A stretch of 64,000 nt of DNA. It comes from an uncultured Acidobacteriota bacterium (GTDB lineage Bacteria > Acidobacteriota > Blastocatellia > RBC074). Location: positions 864,001 to 928,000 of the forward strand of contig CAWCKY010000006.1 of NCBI GenBank assembly GCA_963796275.1, written 5' to 3'. Positions 49,797-60,633 of this stretch are shown here, one piece after another. A program made the position numbers and the translations under genes. The number at the start of each line of letters is the position of its first letter. The first letter of the stretch is position 1. Below the pieces are notes generated by a model that had not been told where the DNA came from, made no database searches, and saw nothing but the letters and a program-made list of their open reading frames with translations.

Positions 49797-49890
49797 CAGT
49801 TTTCAGTTTTCAGTTTTTAGTTTTCAGCTCGCAGGGTAAATCGGACTTTGAACAGCGAACTAAAAACCGAAAATTGAAAACTGAAAACTG
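49797..49890. repeat. 7-nt-periodic inverted repeat between fdnG and fdnH
   Basis: (CAGTTTT)n arm and (AAAACTG)n arm, 36 nt, 31/36. Confidence 0.9.
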
Positions 49891-49893
49891 TTT

Positions 49894-52800
49894 TTACACT
49901 TTCTCCAGGTTGACAAGGAACGCTTTGTACTCGGGTGTTGATGAGTTTGGATCGAGCGCTGTCGGCGTCAACGTATTGGCCAGTGGGCCGGCCGACTTGC
50001 CGGCGAAGCCCCAGTGGATCGGGAATCCGATCTGCCAGACCGTCTGGCCATTTACCTTGAGCGCCTTCATTCGCTTGGTCACCATCGCTTTGCCTTCAAT
50101 CGCGCCGCGCGCTGACCTGATTCGCACCCGGTCTCCGCTCTTGATACTTTTCTCCTGCGCCAGCCCTTCGGGAATTTCGACAAAGAACTCCGGCTGCAAT
50201 TGATTGAGGATGTTCTGGTGCTTGGTCCAGTAATGAAAATGCTCGGTCAGACGATAGGTCGTACAGACAATCGGGAACTGCTCCTTCTTGCCATACAGAT
50301 CTTTGTCGGTATCGAATAATAATGTCACCGGATTCGAACTGACTTCAGGATGCAGGGGATTGTCCACCGGGGCTTCATAGGCCTCGTAGTGTTCGGGGAG
50401 CGGACCGTCGTTCATGTCTACGGCATAGAGTTTAGCCACGCCCTCGGCATTCATAATGAATGGCCCGATACCCTCTTCCGGTTTGGAATCGGGGCGGATG
50501 TCGGGTACATCGCCGACCCACCGCTCGCCGTTCCAGGCCAGTGCGGCGCGTTTCGGGTCCCAGGGATTGCCATCCGGGTCTGCGCTTGCGCGGTTATATA
50601 GCACGCGGCGATTGGCCGGCCAGTTCCAGGCCCAGTTGTGGTAATAACCCAGCCCGCTGGTATCGACGGGATTGCGCCGCTGCGCCAAATTCCCCGCTTC
50701 GGTGAAGTACCCCGAATGTATCCAGTTCCCGCACATCGTCTTTCCGTCGGCGCGCAGGGCGGCGAAGCCGGGCACTTGCTGTCCTTTCTTATACTCCGTC
50801 CCGGTCTTCTCATCCTTGAAGTCTTCGAGCACCTTCCCGTTTATCTCGCGGGCGACTTCCTCCAGATTGGGATTCGCCGGATCGGTATAATTCCACGACA
50901 TATTGAGCACGGGCTCGGGAAGCTTGCCGCCGTCTTTCGCATAGAGTTCTTTCAACCTCAATGCTAGGCGCGCGATGATCTCCTGGTCGGCTTTGGCCGC
51001 GCCGGGCGGGTCGATCGCTTTCCACTTCCACTGCAGCCAGCGGGCGGAGTTGGTGAAGGTGCCATCCTTCTCGGCGAAGTTGGCCGCCGGCGGCATGAAG
51101 ACCTCGGTCTTGATCTCTTTCGTATCCGGTCCTTCGTACTCCTTCGGCGATTTCCAGAATGTCGCGGTCTCGGTTTCGAAATTTTCGGCTACCACCAGCC
51201 AGTCGAGCCGGGCTAGCGCCTGGATCATCTTCTTCGAATGGGGACCGTTGCCCACCGGGTTCATGCCGAATGTGACGAGGCCCTTGACGGTGCCGCGATA
51301 TGCATTGTCGTATATGTAAGCCCACGAGTAATCGCGGTCCATCTTCGGCAACCAATCGTAGCCGTAACTGTTCTCCGGAGTGGCCGCCTTCCCGAAGAAA
51401 GCTTTAAGGAGCGAGACCATGAACTTATCGGTGTTCTCCCAATAGTTCATCGAGTTGGGGCGCAGCTTCTTGGGCGTGGTGGCTTCGATATAATCTCTCA
51501 AGGTCTGATGCGCGGGCTGTGGCACCTTGAGATAGCCGGGCAGCGTGTGCGTCTGGTTCATATCGGTCGCGCCCTGAATGTTCGAATGGCCGCGCAGCGC
51601 GTTGACGCCGCCGCCGGGCATGCCGATATTGCCGAGCAGTAACTGCAATGAGGCGGCCGCGCGAATGTTCTGCACGGCCGACGAATGATGCGTCCAGCCC
51701 AGCGCGTACAACATTGTCCCAACTCTGTTCTGCGGAAAAGTCGAACTGATCATCTCGGCGGCTTTCAGGAACTGTTCCTTCGTGCAGCCGCAGATGTTGG
51801 CCACCATCTCCGGCGTGTAACGCGAGTAGTGGCGTTTCATCAGCTGGTAAACAGTGCGCGGGTCTTCAAGAGTCATATCGACCCGGGCATAACCATCCGG
51901 GCCGAGCTCATATCCCCACGACGATTTATCATATTTTCGGGTTTTCTCGTCGAAGCCGGAGAACAGACCGCCATTATCTCCCGGCATTTTGAAGCCCTCT
52001 TTGACGATGAAGGGGGCGTTGGTGAAGTTGGCGACGTATTTACGCTGGATGCGATCGTTGGCGAACATGTAGTTGATCACGCCCGCCAGGAAAGCTACAT
52101 CGGTACCGGCGCGTATGGGAACATAGAGGTCGGCGACTGCCGCGGTGCGGTTGAAACGCGGGTCTATACAGATGAGTTTGGCATTGCGCGTCTTTTTGGC
52201 CTCGATTGCCCACTTGAAGCCGCACGGATGGTTCTCCGCCGGATTGCCGCCCATGACCAGGATTACGTCGGTGTTCTTTATATCGACCCAGTTGTTGGTC
52301 ATTGCCCCGCGACCGAAGGTGGCGCCCAGACTGGACACCGTGGGGCCATGTCAAAGGCGGGCCTGGTTGTCGGTGTGCACGACCCCCAGCGTGCGCGTCC
52401 ATTTGGTCAGCAGATAGTTGACTTCGTTGTTATCAGTGCAACCGCCCACGATCGCGATGCCCGGACACTGATTGAGAGTCTGCCCGGCCGCGTTCTTCTC
52501 GATAAAGCTATCATCGCGCGTCTTCTTCATCCGCAGCGCGATCTCATTGAACATCCACTCCCAGCTCCTCTCTTCCCATTTGTCGGAACCAGGGGCGCGG
52601 TAGAGCGGGCGTGTCAATCGATCTTTGCTCAGGATATCGTGTTTTAGCGTGATGCCCTTGGGACAGAGCGTGCCCCGGTTGATCGGATGATCGGGGTCCC
52701 CTTCCACGTGGACGACGGTGGTGCCCGTGACGTTTTTGGCCTTGTCGCCGAGCGTGTGAATTATCACGCCGCAGCTTACTGCGCAATAGGGGCAGGTCGA

Positions 52801-52935
52801 GCGCGTCTCGGTGGTGCGCGCTATCTTAAGCTCGCGTACCGCAGCGTAAACGGGGGTGAGGTCAAAGCCGAATGCCGTAACTCCAACGCCGCCGGACACG
52901 GCTACTTTGAGAAAGTTTCTGCGCGAAACAGCCAT
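49894..52935 (-). CDS. fdnG: Formate dehydrogenase-N/O alpha subunit, selenocysteine-containing
   Basis: Tat 'SRRNFLK', 'CPYCAVSC...C'; the two ORFs are in frame across TGA at 52351-52353: 'DNQARL-U-HGPTVSSLGATFGRGAMTN'; 'LRGHSNIQG'. Confidence 0.96.
52321..52339 (-). promoter_or_regulatory. Bacterial SECIS element
   Basis: GGTGTCCA-GTC-TGGGCGCC hairpin starts 11 nt after the UGA, with GU in the loop. Confidence 0.85.
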
Positions 52936-53400
52936 AAACCATTTTCTCCTTTTCGACTGCTGAGTAGGTCTCTAAATCGCATGGAAAAGCTGATCAAGCG
53001 CTATCGGTTCTTTTTCTTTTTTCTTTTATTTGCAGTGAGTAATGACGCCAACACGGGAGATGGCGAATTATGGCCCGCGCGGTTTAAGGTGTCAACTGCG
53101 AAATCGCTAACGTCCGTCAAGATGACGATCGATAGAAAATCCGGCGATGGCGCATTTCACCCGCAAAAACCTGATGAGTGAGCTTCCAAGCATGCATCGT
53201 CGCGGCGACGAGAGAGATACTGATATCTGCCTGTTTCTCTCGGAACGCTATGAGGGCCATAGGTGGAATCTGGCGGCAGATAGAATGAAGACAAAACCCG
53301 CCTGCAAGCCAGATTCCTGATGAAAGTATGAGTTGGCTTTCGCAACCTGGAAGCAATTGTGGCGAATCGCGCCATGGTTTGCTGCAAGTCAAAACGGCGC

Positions 53401-53877
53401 TCATGAACCAGGGGCGACGCGTTCGACATGAGCGATGAAGCATCCCGCTTTGGTACTGCGGATGTGGATATAGAGCACGGCCGGATTACGGAAGATGCGG
53501 ACGATGGCCTTTTCGATTTCATCCTCATCCGGTTGTTCCCGCGCGACAAGCCAGCGCCCCGCGCCATATCCTTCAAACGTGAGACTGAGCTTTTTCAGAT
53601 CCTCCGGAAACATTGATTCATGCTCAAACGGCGAACAATCATCCTCATGAATGAAAATCGGACCGGGCGACGGATACGGATCGGAGATGGTGAAGGAATT
53701 GTAAGTGAACAGTATCCGCCGGTCTTCTCCCGGCCGAATTCGCCGCAGACATAGCCTGCATGGCGGACGGTCACTGCCCGTATCGACATGAGCCAGATGC
53801 CCATAGTGCGGCGCCCTATGGGATTCGCGAACCTCGGTGGCAATGGCGGAAGCGATAGGAACGACTCGAAATGACAT
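53401..53877 (-). CDS. DUF1203-like protein
   Basis: 'PCRLCLR', 'PYPSPGPIFIH', 'YIHIRSTKAGCF'; AGGAG RBS. Confidence 0.85.
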   Translation of the reverse strand: MSFRVVPIASAIATEVRESHRAPHYGHLAHVDTGSDRPPCRLCLRRIRPGEDRRILFTYNSFTISDPYPSPGPIFIHEDDCSPFEHESMFPEDLKKLSLTFEGYGAGRWLVAREQPDEDEIEKAIVRIFRNPAVLYIHIRSTKAGCFIAHVERVAPGS

Positions 53878-53954
53878 AGATCACACTCCTCTAAAATATT
53901 GGTGTGGACGCAAGAGCGTCCGTTCACCGGGACCATAAGTCGTTTTGGCTTCGA

Positions 53955-54188
53955 TTATCTATCCGATTCTTGCTGTCCAATTAAAAAGTAACGCCTATGC
54001 TCTTTCTCCAGGTCCACCCAGTTAGGCAGCCGATCGTACCGATATAACCGGAACGTTCGAGTATCTTCGTCCAGCGGCTCCCATTCCGAGCTGTGGAATA
54101 CGACCTCGTATGCTTCCACCTGGCCGGCCATTCGTTGATGGTGCTCAATCTTGGCATTCTGAGGTAGGAAGCTTTTCAAACGGCTCAC
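53955..54188 (-). CDS. Hypothetical protein
   Basis: 77 aa; GTG overlaps the upstream TGA (GTGA), so either coupled or a frameshifted single gene. Confidence 0.4.
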   Translation of the reverse strand: MSRLKSFLPQNAKIEHHQRMAGQVEAYEVVFHSSEWEPLDEDTRTFRLYRYDRLPNWVDLEKEHRRYFLIGQQESDR

Positions 54189-54370
54189 AACCTTTCAGGA
54201 TCAATCCCAAATAGATCAATGCCCTTGATGCAAATAGCTCGCAATTTTTTCTCCCCGTCTGCCTGCTCTCGAAGGAACACAAAAGCCGCTTTGTTGACTG
54301 CGGATTCTGGCGATTGTGAACGTCTATCCTGGTTGGTCTTCTTCCCGGTCCCCTTTGCAGCATATTCCAC
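54185..54370 (-). CDS. Hypothetical protein
   Basis: 61 aa, GTG start; no recognised motif. Confidence 0.35.
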   Translation of the reverse strand: MEYAAKGTGKKTNQDRRSQSPESAVNKAAFVFLREQADGEKKLRAICIKGIDLFGIDPERL

Positions 54371-54390
54371 TAGACCGGGACGTGCTGAAG

Positions 54391-54860
54391 TTAGATTGGA
54401 AGCATAGCCGCAGCGGTTACAAGGGATTCCACGCTACCCGCGAGCCATTTGCGACGCGAAACAGTGGTCATTTCATCGAATTGAATTCCGATCGTTTTCC
54501 ACTCCACAGGAGCGACGCTACCGCCCAAACTGATAAGCCGTCCCGGTGAAGTTCTGTGTGTGAGAATATTTCGAACATCCTTCCATTCCTCATATTCTGG
54601 GCTATCGAGTATGGATTGAAGAGTTATCGCGATCTGACCGCTAAATGCTCGCTGGAAAGCACGACTTGTGCTGTCTGGACGTACTCCGGATTTATCCCTC
54701 TCTGTAGAAAATGGAAAACTTCTTGGAGCCAGCATATAACCCAATGCATAGCACCCATAGTATAAGGATTCGATTGTTGACAGGCCTGTGGCGAAAAAGT
54801 TGAATAACTCCTGATCCTGTATGTACCGGTCTGGGAAGCCCGGTGTATTTCCCCAGGAAA
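54391..54860 (-). pseudogene. 5'-truncated HEPN-like protein
   Basis: Frame extends upstream of the listed ORF ('DRYIQDQELFNFFATGLSTIESLYYG') and contains RxxxxH 'RNILTH'; no start codon. Confidence 0.55.
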
Positions 54861-54977
54861 GAACTTCTCTCGCACGCTACCGCCTTGATACATCGCTTTA
54901 TCCCCGTCCAGACCAAACGCGTTAGACGGTAATATCAAAGAGACTAATAAAGCTAAAACCATTGTTTGCTTCTTCAT
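54860..54977 (-). pseudogene. 5' fragment of an exported protein
   Basis: Signal peptide 'MKKQTMVLALLVSLILPSNAFG' then 'LDGDKAMYQGGSV'; downstream reads off-frame into the HEPN-like remnant. Confidence 0.5.
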
Positions 54978-55483
54978 ACTGTTTACCCTTTCTATTCACG
55001 AACACCATGTATTCACCGCCAACGCACGCGGGTAGCGGCTCCCTGCTCAAAGATGGCCTAGTAATTAAGTGCTGGAAAATGATCGGTTCTTTCAGGAAAC
55101 TTTGGATTGGTGCGCATAGGAAAGGCTGTTTGGATCTATGGAGGCTCGAGGGGCTATGGGTTGGACAAAAGAAACGGGCCGCCCCGAGAGTAGTAGCGAC
55201 CGTTTCTGTCGCGTGTCGTTAGATTCGCGTTTGTGTTGTGTGCTCTATGCCGGTGTACTGTGCTCTGTGGGCTCTACCCCAGCACCAGAATCTGGGAGAC
55301 ACGGTTTGAAATGCGTTCGCCCTGCTACACAACACGTTGGCCTGATGTAGCCTCGGCTCGGTCTAGTGAGATATCCAAACAAATATCCGTGAGTCGAAGC
55401 GCAATAAAGTGGGATCTGTTTGCCATTGCTAGACTCCTAAATAGAATGATGTCTGTAAAAGAATCTACTTTCAAAGGAAATAT

Positions 55484-55786
55484 ATGACCAAAAATCGTAT
55501 CGCATTAACAATAGTGGTTCTCGCACTGGGGTTCATTCTAGGTTTAGGGGTAAACCCGCTGTTTGCTTCACTTTCGAGGCGAGCTTTAGCAACCACAGAG
55601 ACACAATCTGGTACGCAGGGGGCGCAGAGAGCCTGGGAGCACCGCGTAATAATTCGTTCAATATTTTCGACGGAAAAACAACTGGAACGAGATCTCAGCC
55701 AATTGGGCAGCGAAGGATTTGAGGTCTGTGGAATGACGGTCAAGGAAAAAGATATTGTGATTGTGCTTCGTCGGCCTGGTAAGTAA
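55484..55786 (+). CDS. Small exported DUF4177-like protein
   Basis: N-terminal hydrophobic helix; 'WEHRVI...LSQLGSEGFEVCG...IVLRRP'; AAAGGA RBS. Confidence 0.7.
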   Translation: MTKNRIALTIVVLALGFILGLGVNPLFASLSRRALATTETQSGTQGAQRAWEHRVIIRSIFSTEKQLERDLSQLGSEGFEVCGMTVKEKDIVIVLRRPGK

Positions 55787-55929
55787 AGCCAGACATACGA
55801 AAAGCCGCACGGTGAGGGCGAAGACGTGGGCGAGGTGTCTGCCCTCTGGGCTTAGGAGACTGGTATATCAAGCAACCACCCGCGCAGCAGGAGCCGGTCA
55901 ACTATGTCGCGCTCGACCTCGGACAGGCA

Positions 55930-56399
55930 TCACCGGCGATCTCCAGTCTTTGGGACGAATTTACCTTGCTTGATCTCATGGTCCTTTAAGACTGAGACTG
56001 TTCCCTCCACGACTTGGTGCAAAAGTTTTATCGCATTCAGCGCGTCGGTTTGCGATTCGCGGCCGCGGGCATGGGCGTATTTATTTCGAAGTTGCACAAG
56101 ACTATCGACGGCTTTGAACGTCTCTTTGGACAGCAATTCGGCTTTCAGGAGGAGCTTGGCAATACGGAAAACTTCGACCTGTTCGAGTTTCTCGATAACC
56201 TCATTCTTGGGCGTATCGACTTTGCCGTTTTTCTCAATCTTGATCGAGGCGCAGAGGATATCCTCAACAATTTTAAGTATTCTCCACCTGTGTATTTCAC
56301 AATGAGCTGGGGAAGGTCCCATATGCGCTCGACTGACGCATCAAGCCGCTTCTCCAGATTGCCCCTAGGCATATCCGCGAAATTCTGTCGGTCGCGCAA
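55930..56399 (-). pseudogene. Broken HEPN-like protein
   Basis: N-part 'LEKRLDASVERIWDLPQLIV..EYLKLL' and C-part with RxxxxH 'LRNKYAH...DALNAIKLL' are in different frames; junction near 56270. Confidence 0.55.
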
Positions 56400-56591
56400 T
56401 GTTGCTCGGCCATCGCGATCCGCGAATGGCGGCGCGCTACCAGCATTTGAGCCTTCTTTTCTGGGGAAGGCCGTCGAGTTGTTGGATGCGGTTTTTGGTT
56501 CTAATTTGGCTGAAAATGGGGAAGAACGTTACCAAGACGTTACCAGCGAAAAGGCGCTAACTGAAACCTCGGCTGCAAAGGATTGATTCTA

Positions 56592-56676
<85 letters not shown>

Positions 56677-56698
56677 CTCGATTTGTCAGAGAATCAAT

Positions 56699-56751
56699 TA
56701 TCTTATCGAATATCCTATCGAATATCTTATATCCTATCGATTATCTTATCG
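56699..56751. repeat. Tandem 12-mer repeat in the tRNA leader
   Basis: About 4.5 copies of TATC(T/C)TATCGA(A/T). Confidence 0.8.
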
Positions 56752-56800
56752 CTTTTAGTGTCTTCAATGGATTAGATATCGTCTGAGCAGCAAAGCGGAG

Positions 56801-56829
56801 ATAATACTCATCCGGATGCTGTTCGTCAA
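56801..56829 (-). promoter_or_regulatory. Sigma70 promoter of tRNA-Glu
   Basis: TTGACG-17 nt-TATTAT. Confidence 0.7.
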
Positions 56830-57001
56830 CCGCAAACGCATTGAACTTGTGAGCATTCTCGGCGCTATGCTAGACTTCCCGGAACGTGAAAAGGATCATC
56901 TGTTTTGCGGGTGATGTATATATTTACCATCGTTCACTTCAGCTATCCGTCCTCATCACAAGGCATCGCTGTGTTGGACGGTTTTCGGTGTAGGACAACG
57001 G

Positions 57002-58672
57002 TTGATGAAATTAGGAAAACCCCGATTTAAATTCCATTGGATAATAGCACTTTGCCTGTCGTTCGTTGCCTTGACAGGAAAAGGCATGGCGGGAGACATA
57101 ATTCTGGTCATGCCCTTCGAGAACAGATCGCAGATGGGCGAATATAACTGGATTCGGGACAGCTTCGCTATCCTCATGGGCAATATGCTAGAGGTTCCGG
57201 GGATCGCGATTATCGGATCCGAAGAGAGGAACCTTGCTTTTGATAAGTTGCGGTTGAGCCCGAATGATCTGCTCACGCGCGCTGCCATGATCCGTGTCGC
57301 TGAGACTGCGCGCGCCAACCTGGCTCTTATCGGAGAGTTCGATATCGGCGGTGAGAAAGAGAATGCGACCATCGCGATCAACGCTCGGCTGATCGAAACG
57401 CAGGAAGGCCGTCTGGTCGGCAACAAAGTTTTCAATATGAGCGGCCCGCTATCCGGCCTCCAGCAGATGCAGGGGCAGCTTGCCTGGAATATTCTTAATT
57501 TGCGCAACCCATCGCTGCCTTACTCCAGAGATCAATTTGCCGGAAAATCATCGAGCGCTCCCCCGCGCGCTTACGAGAGCTTTATCAAGGCCGTGCAGAC
57601 CCGGGATATGAAACTGCGCGAGGGGTTTCTGCGCCGCGCGATTCAGGAGTTCGGGAGCGAAGGCGGCTCAGGCCAATATGCGCAGGCGATCACCGAACTG
57701 GGCCTCTGCCAGTATCGACAGGGCAAGCACGCCGATGCCATCAAACTATTCAAGGAACTGGGCAAGGACGACCCGGGTTATGAGGAAGGCCTCTTCTATC
57801 TCGGCCTCTCCGCATACAGAGCCGGCGATATCAATGAATCGCTGGCCGCCCTGGGAAAACTCGCCGAGTTGACTCCGATGGTGGAGGTGTTTAACAACAC
57901 GGGCGCCGTGATGCTGGTAAAGGGCGACAACCCAAATGCCATGCAGATGCTGCGCCGCGCAGTCGCCAATGCGCCGAACGATCCGCTCTACCGATTCAAC
58001 TACGGATACGCGTTGTGGCGTAATCAGAATCATAGCGAGGCTATCCAACATCTGAACGTCGCGATCAAATCGAACCCGCGCGACGGCGAGGCCTACTTTC
58101 TGCTCGCTAAATGCCTGGCCGCATCCGGGCAGCAGGCGGATGCTGCGAAAGCCGACAACGAAGCGAAACGACATCTACCAGCTTACGCCAAATGGGCGGT
58201 CGACCCCGACCGCATTCCCCCGCCCGTCCGTTTCAAGCTGGAGTTCAATCGAGCCGCGTTCGACCGGTACGAACGCCAGCAGCAGGCTGTTCCGAAAGGA
58301 CCGACGGCCCAAGAGATATCACAGCGGCAGAGTCTCGACCGCGCGCGCCAGTTGATCCTGGAGAACAATGATGCGGAGGCGACCAACCTTCTGCAGCGTG
58401 TGCTGCAGGTTGAAGGAACAAATGCCGAAGCCTATTTTCTTCGCGGGATAATATATTATCGGCGCAACGAAACGGATAACGCGGTCAACGCCCTCCGGAC
58501 CGCCGTTTCCTATAATCCGCGCCTCATCGAGGCGCACATCGCGCTCGGCCGCCTGTACCTCGCACGCGGGGATCGCGCGCTTGCACTGGCCCACTCCAGA
58601 CAGGCGATCGAGATCGATCCGCAGAACCGCGACGCTATTGCGCTCAAACAACAGGTGGAGACCGGTCGCTGA
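57002..58672 (+). CDS. Exported tetratricopeptide repeat protein with TolB-N/CsgG-like N-terminal domain
   Basis: Signal peptide, 'ILVMPFENRS', multiple TPR motifs ('AYFLRGIIY', 'AHIALGRLY...AIEIDPQN'). Confidence 0.85.
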   Translation: MMKLGKPRFKFHWIIALCLSFVALTGKGMAGDIILVMPFENRSQMGEYNWIRDSFAILMGNMLEVPGIAIIGSEERNLAFDKLRLSPNDLLTRAAMIRVAETARANLALIGEFDIGGEKENATIAINARLIETQEGRLVGNKVFNMSGPLSGLQQMQGQLAWNILNLRNPSLPYSRDQFAGKSSSAPPRAYESFIKAVQTRDMKLREGFLRRAIQEFGSEGGSGQYAQAITELGLCQYRQGKHADAIKLFKELGKDDPGYEEGLFYLGLSAYRAGDINESLAALGKLAELTPMVEVFNNTGAVMLVKGDNPNAMQMLRRAVANAPNDPLYRFNYGYALWRNQNHSEAIQHLNVAIKSNPRDGEAYFLLAKCLAASGQQADAAKADNEAKRHLPAYAKWAVDPDRIPPPVRFKLEFNRAAFDRYERQQQAVPKGPTAQEISQRQSLDRARQLILENNDAEATNLLQRVLQVEGTNAEAYFLRGIIYYRRNETDNAVNALRTAVSYNPRLIEAHIALGRLYLARGDRALALAHSRQAIEIDPQNRDAIALKQQVETGR

Positions 58673-58839
58673 CGGTTTCCTACTCCCCCGCAATAAAATA
58701 TAATCTGCATTCTTCTATCCGTCGGTTTGCGTATGAATATAGTTGGACAAATAATTTAATAATCGTTGCATCAATGAGACGATTGGATACGGCTAGAAGT
58801 TGGGTATTAGGTAATAGACGATTTAGGAAAACAAACCAG

Positions 58840-59817
58840 ATGATCACTTTAGTCGAATATCCGAAGCGGAGTCGCAAGCTGGTCCTCGCCCTCATACTTT
58901 CTGTTGCAGCTCACGGAGTGATCTATAGCGTTGCAGTTTACGCTTCACTCATAAGCATCGTAATAGGACTCAGCGATTTTAAGTTCGTAGAGGAAGACTA
59001 CAACAAGGCAATTCTGATCAACTTTTCCAAAAGATTCACATATCCGCCCGGATACATCGGGTTCCGCCCTCCTGAAAAGACGCGATCATTGAAAGAGATC
59101 AACAAAGAGGTCGATCGGCGCGCTCGTTTAGAGGCGGCTCGACGCAAACGCGAGCAGGAGCGCATTGCGCGGGAAAAAGCTGAGGCTGAGAAACGCGCAG
59201 AAGAAGAGAAGGCCAGAGCCGAAGAGCTGGCGAAGGCGGCTCCGGTTCCGACGCCGACGCCGCCTCCACCGAAAAGCGATTATCCCGGCGGGTTCGGCAA
59301 GATCAACACGGCGCCGATCAAGGATCAGATACAACAGCTTTACAATGCCAAGAAGGCGGGGAAACTCATCATCCCGGAAGGCAAATTAAAGGTGGGAGTC
59401 GCCGGCTCTATCAAATCGGACGGCGCCCTCGCCGACTATCGCATCATTATTTCTTCAGGGATCAAGGAGGTTGACGCATCCGCGCTCGCGATTCTCGATG
59501 CCGTGAGTGCGAGCCGCGCGTTGGGACCGTTACAGCACCTCACGTCGTTGAGCATGGTTCTGGATGTGGACAATGTAGCTCAACTCACCGTTGTCGGGTT
59601 TACGAGCACAGAGAAGGAGGCGCGGGATATTGTCAGTCTGGCAAAGGCCGCGCTGCTCATCGCTCGCATAAAAAAAGCCGACGATCCGGCGGTGGCCGTG
59701 ATGCTCAAGAACCTCAAAGTCGAACACGATGGCAATCGCGTTCACGCAGTCATCAGCGTGCCCCGGCAAACAGCGGCCGACACTCTGACCAAGAGTCTGG
59801 ATAAAGGGCAGACATGA
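58840..59817 (+). CDS. TonB/TolA-like membrane-anchored protein
   Basis: TM with 'SVAAHG', E/K/A/R coil, 'PVPTPTPPPPK', 'IKSDGAL..YRIIISSG..EVDASAL'. Confidence 0.65.
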   Translation: MITLVEYPKRSRKLVLALILSVAAHGVIYSVAVYASLISIVIGLSDFKFVEEDYNKAILINFSKRFTYPPGYIGFRPPEKTRSLKEINKEVDRRARLEAARRKREQERIAREKAEAEKRAEEEKARAEELAKAAPVPTPTPPPPKSDYPGGFGKINTAPIKDQIQQLYNAKKAGKLIIPEGKLKVGVAGSIKSDGALADYRIIISSGIKEVDASALAILDAVSASRALGPLQHLTSLSMVLDVDNVAQLTVVGFTSTEKEARDIVSLAKAALLIARIKKADDPAVAVMLKNLKVEHDGNRVHAVISVPRQTAADTLTKSLDKGQT

Positions 59818-59850
59818 GAGTGGGTTAAATGGGACAGGTCCCTCGTCTCC

Positions 59851-60624
59851 TCAGTCTTCATTCGGGAAATGCCTGCCGATAAATGCATCGTAAACGAAAG
59901 CGCCCAACGGGCCACCGATCAGCGGTCCGATGATCGGAACCCAGAACCAGTAATCGCCCGCGCGGAAGACTTCCGTCCCCCATCCCGCGATCGCCGTAAA
60001 CAGACGCGGCCCGAGGTCGCGCGCCGGATTTATTGCGTAACCCGCGTTAAAGCCGAACGCCATGCCGATCGCCATCACCAGGAAGCCGACGACGATCGGC
60101 CCCAGGTTGCCCGCCGCGTTATTGCGCGCATCGCCGATCGCCATAATCACCAGCAATAAAATAGCCGTCCCGAAGATTTGATCGACCAGGCCGCCGAAGA
60201 TCGACAGATATGGCTGCGGATATGTGGAGAAAATTCCGGCAGTGCCTTTCTCGCCCAGAACCATGCGCGATCCGTTGTCGAAGGAGTTGAATGCCTCGCG
60301 ATAGACGAAATAGACGAGAGCCGCGCCGGTAAAGGCCCCGGAGGTCTGCGCAACCCAATATGGGATCACTTTTGGCCAGGCAAATCCGCGGCGCACGGCG
60401 AGCGCGAGTGTGACGGCCGGATTGAGGTGTGCGCCGGTCACTCCGCCCGCGATATAGATACCCATCGTCACCCCTAAGCCCCACGCGAGATTGATCGAGA
60501 GGTAGCTTCCGTTCTGTTGATTGCTCAGGATAACCTGTGCGACGACACCTGCACCGAATGCGATGAGTACCAATGTGCCGAGGAATTCGGCGAATAACTC
60601 ATGCTTCAAAGAATAACTTTTCAT
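59851..60624 (-). CDS. glpF: Aquaglyceroporin (MIP family)
   Basis: 'GAHLNPAVT' and 'GYAINPARD'. Confidence 0.93.
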   Translation of the reverse strand: MKSYSLKHELFAEFLGTLVLIAFGAGVVAQVILSNQQNGSYLSINLAWGLGVTMGIYIAGGVTGAHLNPAVTLALAVRRGFAWPKVIPYWVAQTSGAFTGAALVYFVYREAFNSFDNGSRMVLGEKGTAGIFSTYPQPYLSIFGGLVDQIFGTAILLLVIMAIGDARNNAAGNLGPIVVGFLVMAIGMAFGFNAGYAINPARDLGPRLFTAIAGWGTEVFRAGDYWFWVPIIGPLIGGPLGAFVYDAFIGRHFPNED

Positions 60625-60633
60625 AGCCCGCTA

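Noticed and set aside
52351-52353. fdnG as a nonsense pseudogene
   Set aside because: UGA is at the known Sec position with a SECIS
53170-53200. CTGATGAG as a hammerhead ribozyme core
   Set aside because: No stem II followed by GAAA
52936-53400. Moco/tungsten riboswitch upstream of fdnG
   Set aside because: No recognisable conserved blocks by eye
53905-53935. GCGTCCGTTCACCGGGAC as a second att copy of the tRNA 3' end
   Set aside because: Match to the tRNA end is too short and gapped
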